A stretch of 9,690 bases of DNA, from sequence record OQ031493.1, one strand, 5' to 3'. The notes beneath the pieces were generated by a model. It ran no database searches and was not told the DNA's origin. It worked only from the letters and a program-made list of their open reading frames with translations. Shown one piece after another: positions 6,394 through 9,690 of this stretch (positions within the stretch are counted from its first letter, which is position 1; the number at the start of each line of letters is the position of its first letter). Position numbers and translations under genes: made by a program.

Positions 6394-8589
6394 TTAATAG
6401 AAGTCAGAGATGAGTCGATCGTTATTTTTATCAATAAGGAAAATACCTAGGGACTCTAAGGTTAGATAGAATACACCCATAGTGTTTCCAATGATAGTTC
6501 TAACGTCAGCAACACGCGTAATAACTTCTGGAATACGACCAGTTTCTACTACTGTACTCGGGATATGGAAATCACCAATACTGGTTTTATTTTCTTCAGT
6601 AACCCATGCTTGAATACGAGCAGCTAATTTCTTATCTTCGATACCATCAATCCATTCTTTGATCGCAGTTTTATTATTAAGAGTAACTGAGATCTTTACA
6701 TGTGAATAAGGTGGATCACCAGCGTCACCAAATGATGGAGCAAATACAGTCTTCCACACTAATCCCTTTTTATGGGTTGAGTTATCTTCAGATTTATAAG
6801 ACTCAGGTCGTTTAGTTTGACCACTTGTCAGATACTCAGCTTTACCACTTCTAACAGACTCAATAATTTCTCTTTCGATATCACCAACTTCTTTTAGAAT
6901 TGAAGCCAAGTCGATTTTCTCTTCAGTCTTTACAGTTTTAATGATATCTTCCATGAGTGTTTTAGCACGACTATTAATCTTCTTAGGTACTTTACTATCC
7001 CTTAGTCCTACACCCTTGATCTCCATTCGTGACTCATTAAACATTACCCCTTCTTGGGCATCCTGTGATGCAAAGTAATGTTTAGAACGAGTAGTTAAGG
7101 CCAGTACTGCGAAATAATATTCGTTCTTCATTGCAAATAGACGAAGCTTATCTTTAGATACACCCATATTAGCGGATTGAATCGCCAAGATATGCATAAC
7201 TACTTCAGACACTAGAAACACTAGTGCGAATACTAGTCGCTTAGCTTCATTGCTAAAAGTTACTTTACCAAAGAATTCCTCAACCCACCATTGTAATGTA
7301 AACATAGTGGAGTCAGTATCTGAAATAACAGCAGCTCGTCTATACACAGTTGGAAAAGCATGAATGCTTGATGGTACACATTTAGTCAAGAAGAAAGCTT
7401 CAATCAATAGACGATATTCATTAAGAGTTTCAGCGATATTTCGACCAGTGGCATAAACTTGGTTTAATGTATCTGGATCTGACTCTTTTAGTTTAGCTTT
7501 AGATCGACCTTTAACAGTATCAAAGCAAATAAAGCTAGCCAATAGATCCATATCACCATCATAAGTTGAATATTCTTCTTCAGTGATGATTTGTTCTTTT
7601 GTTCCAACCTGGCTTAATTTAATTAGAAAGCTCTTGATTAATTCTTTATTGTATTTATATAAGTGATATAGATCACCTACGTACATAACTGCTGCTCGTT
7701 CGACTGGTGTCATCCCAGTAGCTAGTTTTAAAATCTGCGCCGTGTAGTACTTATTTTGCCAATAGTGTTTAGTTGAATAAAGAACCATATCAACTACTTC
7801 TTCTGGCGTTGGGCAATGTAGATTAAAATTAGTTACTGCTTTTTGAATTAACTCCATATCAGCTACATTAATAGTGTTTACTAAATTAGCTTTTGTGATT
7901 TCTGGAGTATAATAATGCCTATTACCCATAATGAATTTTTCATTATTTGAGTTAGCATAAGAGGTACCAGTTCTACAGGTAGATGTTAAACTAGAGTGTG
8001 TGGACTTATAATAAAGAATAGTGGCAGCAGATACAGTACCGCCTGAATATGAGTTATTGTTAATTTTGAAGTTTTCTTGCTCGCCTTTACGTACTTGTGC
8101 AAGTTCTGTTTTAATTTGTGAATTCTCTTTATCGCCGGCCTGTAGGAAAGCAGCTGCTTCACGTTCAGCCTGCATCTGTTCACCTTTAACACGCTTACGG
8201 TTTTTCACACCTTCGGCAATATAGATGGAGTGCGTAGACTGTCTAACAGACTCTGGTAAATATGCGGTCATTGATGGAGATAATAATAGATTCTGTTTCT
8301 TAACACGGTTAAGAAAAGCCATAAATGAAACCGTCTTTAATTCCCTATCACCAAACTTATTTTTATCTAGAATAGTTGCTAATGGATTACGAAGTGCATA
8401 TTCGCCATTTTGACGTAATTGTTCTTTAACAAATTCTTTACATTCTTCTAAACTAATATTTAATTCATCTTTTGTCATTAATTGAAGATATTTGGCATTA
8501 TCATCAAGACATGCATTAATGATATCAATATCACGATGGTAATCATTGACATCTTTTAAAAACGGATTTGGTTGGGCAAATGCGGTCAT
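6394..8589 (-). CDS. polB: B-family DNA polymerase, C-terminal catalytic subunit of a split polymerase (phiKZ gp50-like)
   Basis: 731 aa. Motif B-like KINNNSYSG (residues 175-183), motif C ISDTDS (DTDS at residues 424-427, nt 7320-7309), thumb-like segments FAMKNEYY, KHYFA and EIKGVGLRDS. No exonuclease motifs or motif A (DxxSLYPS) are visible, consistent with the split PolB described for phiKZ-like phages. Confidence 0.9.
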   Translation of the reverse strand: MTAFAQPNPFLKDVNDYHRDIDIINACLDDNAKYLQLMTKDELNISLEECKEFVKEQLRQNGEYALRNPLATILDKNKFGDRELKTVSFMAFLNRVKKQNLLLSPSMTAYLPESVRQSTHSIYIAEGVKNRKRVKGEQMQAEREAAAFLQAGDKENSQIKTELAQVRKGEQENFKINNNSYSGGTVSAATILYYKSTHSSLTSTCRTGTSYANSNNEKFIMGNRHYYTPEITKANLVNTINVADMELIQKAVTNFNLHCPTPEEVVDMVLYSTKHYWQNKYYTAQILKLATGMTPVERAAVMYVGDLYHLYKYNKELIKSFLIKLSQVGTKEQIITEEEYSTYDGDMDLLASFICFDTVKGRSKAKLKESDPDTLNQVYATGRNIAETLNEYRLLIEAFFLTKCVPSSIHAFPTVYRRAAVISDTDSTMFTLQWWVEEFFGKVTFSNEAKRLVFALVFLVSEVVMHILAIQSANMGVSKDKLRLFAMKNEYYFAVLALTTRSKHYFASQDAQEGVMFNESRMEIKGVGLRDSKVPKKINSRAKTLMEDIIKTVKTEEKIDLASILKEVGDIEREIIESVRSGKAEYLTSGQTKRPESYKSEDNSTHKKGLVWKTVFAPSFGDAGDPPYSHVKISVTLNNKTAIKEWIDGIEDKKLAARIQAWVTEENKTSIGDFHIPSTVVETGRIPEVITRVADVRTIIGNTMGVFYLTLESLGIFLIDKNNDRLISDFY

Positions 8590-8650
8590 TTCACATATCT
8601 CTCAGTATACTTATTTTTAATTATAGTGAATGATTTCTCTCTCTTTAACT

Positions 8651-8691
8651 AAAAAAGAAAAGGAAAGAATGGGTACCCTATACGGGCACCC
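8651..8691 (-). terminator. Intrinsic terminator upstream of the DNA polymerase gene
   Basis: Minus strand GGGTGCCC-GTATA-GGGTACCC (8 bp, with a G.U that works only on this strand) followed by ATTCTTTCCTTTTCTTTTTT. Confidence 0.7.
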
Positions 8692-8756
8692 TAAATTGAG
8701 AGGTAGCACATCAACTTACATTCACATTAGATGATGTAAGCAAGTAAAAATAATAC

Positions 8757-8788
8757 AACATAAAAGGAGCCATAATGGCTCCTTTATA
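8757..8788 (-). terminator. Terminator after the 138-aa gene
   Basis: AAAGGAGCCA (8763-8772), a 3-nt loop, TGGCTCCTTT (8776-8785): a 10-bp stem just after the stop at 8790. The minus-strand tail is TTTTATGTTG. Confidence 0.8.
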
Positions 8789-8789
8789 G

Positions 8790-9215
<426 letters not shown>

Positions 9216-9240
9216 CTAAAATAGTTGGTTACATAGGGTA

Positions 9241-9624
9241 TTACTCATCTAGTAATACAACTACACCAAACAGACCTTTTGTATCCATTGGCACTGTAAT
9301 TAATACATGTCCATTTGGATATTTTTCTTTAAAGCTATTGATAAAGTCGGTACAATATTCAATAACATATCCTTTAGTAGAATAATTCTCTAACTCAATA
9401 TCTTCGTCAGGATCATCAAATGAGTCATGTCCATACATCAGCATATGGATATATATGTCATTATTAAGCGTATCCATATAACTTAACTTACGTGATTCTT
9501 CAAATAAATCAAGTGGTGTTGGACAATCTGGATATATCATTCGTTTTGTATATTCACGAAGCAAATGTTGCGAATATATTTCTGACTCTTTAGATTTAAA
9601 TACGATAAATACTCGTTTTTCCAT
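9241..9624 (-). CDS. Hypothetical protein, 127 aa
   Basis: ORF with SD AGGA 6 nt before the ATG and an acidic central stretch. No domain was recognised. Confidence 0.8.
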   Translation of the reverse strand: MEKRVFIVFKSKESEIYSQHLLREYTKRMIYPDCPTPLDLFEESRKLSYMDTLNNDIYIHMLMYGHDSFDDPDEDIELENYSTKGYVIEYCTDFINSFKEKYPNGHVLITVPMDTKGLFGVVVLLDE

Positions 9625-9690
9625 ATCGGTTCCTAGTAGGAAGCCTATGTGAACCGATAGGCTTTCCTATTTACGTCAATTGTTAATATG

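Noticed and set aside
7986-8413. ORFs 7986-8192 (-), 8021-8224 (+) and 8225-8413 (+)
   Set aside because: They are alternative-frame or antisense shadows inside the DNA polymerase gene.
8620-8648. Sigma70-like TATAAT upstream of the DNA polymerase gene
   Set aside because: The -35 match is poor (TTAAAG), the hexamer is common in AT-rich DNA, and phiKZ-like transcription is known to be independent of host RNAP.

Overview
This window is AT-rich jumbo-phage DNA from a phiKZ-like, nucleus-forming Pseudomonas phage (Chimalliviridae), either phiKZ itself or a very close relative. It covers the conserved core block, almost all on the minus strand. In transcription order (right to left): two hypothetical genes (127 and 138 aa), the C-terminal subunit of a split B-family DNA polymerase (731 aa), two small hypothetical genes, one plus-strand conserved gene (363 aa, gp52-like), a 121-aa hypothetical gene, chimallin/ChmA (626-aa nuclear shell protein), and the beta'-like N-terminal subunit of the non-virion RNA polymerase. 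That last gene is missing from the ORF track because it runs off the left edge at the start of its catalytic motif. The protein genes are mostly known biology; the unexplained signal is non-coding. The main item is a ~370-nt, GC-enriched, densely base-paired RNA-like element between chmA and the RNAP gene. Other signals are three stacked perfect palindromes in the chmA leader, three copies of an extended early-promoter motif, ribosome-binding-site-occluding structures including a candidate pseudoknot, and terminator-like hairpins with atypical tails. All RNA structures were derived by eye, and family assignments come from recalled sequences and motifs, not database searches.
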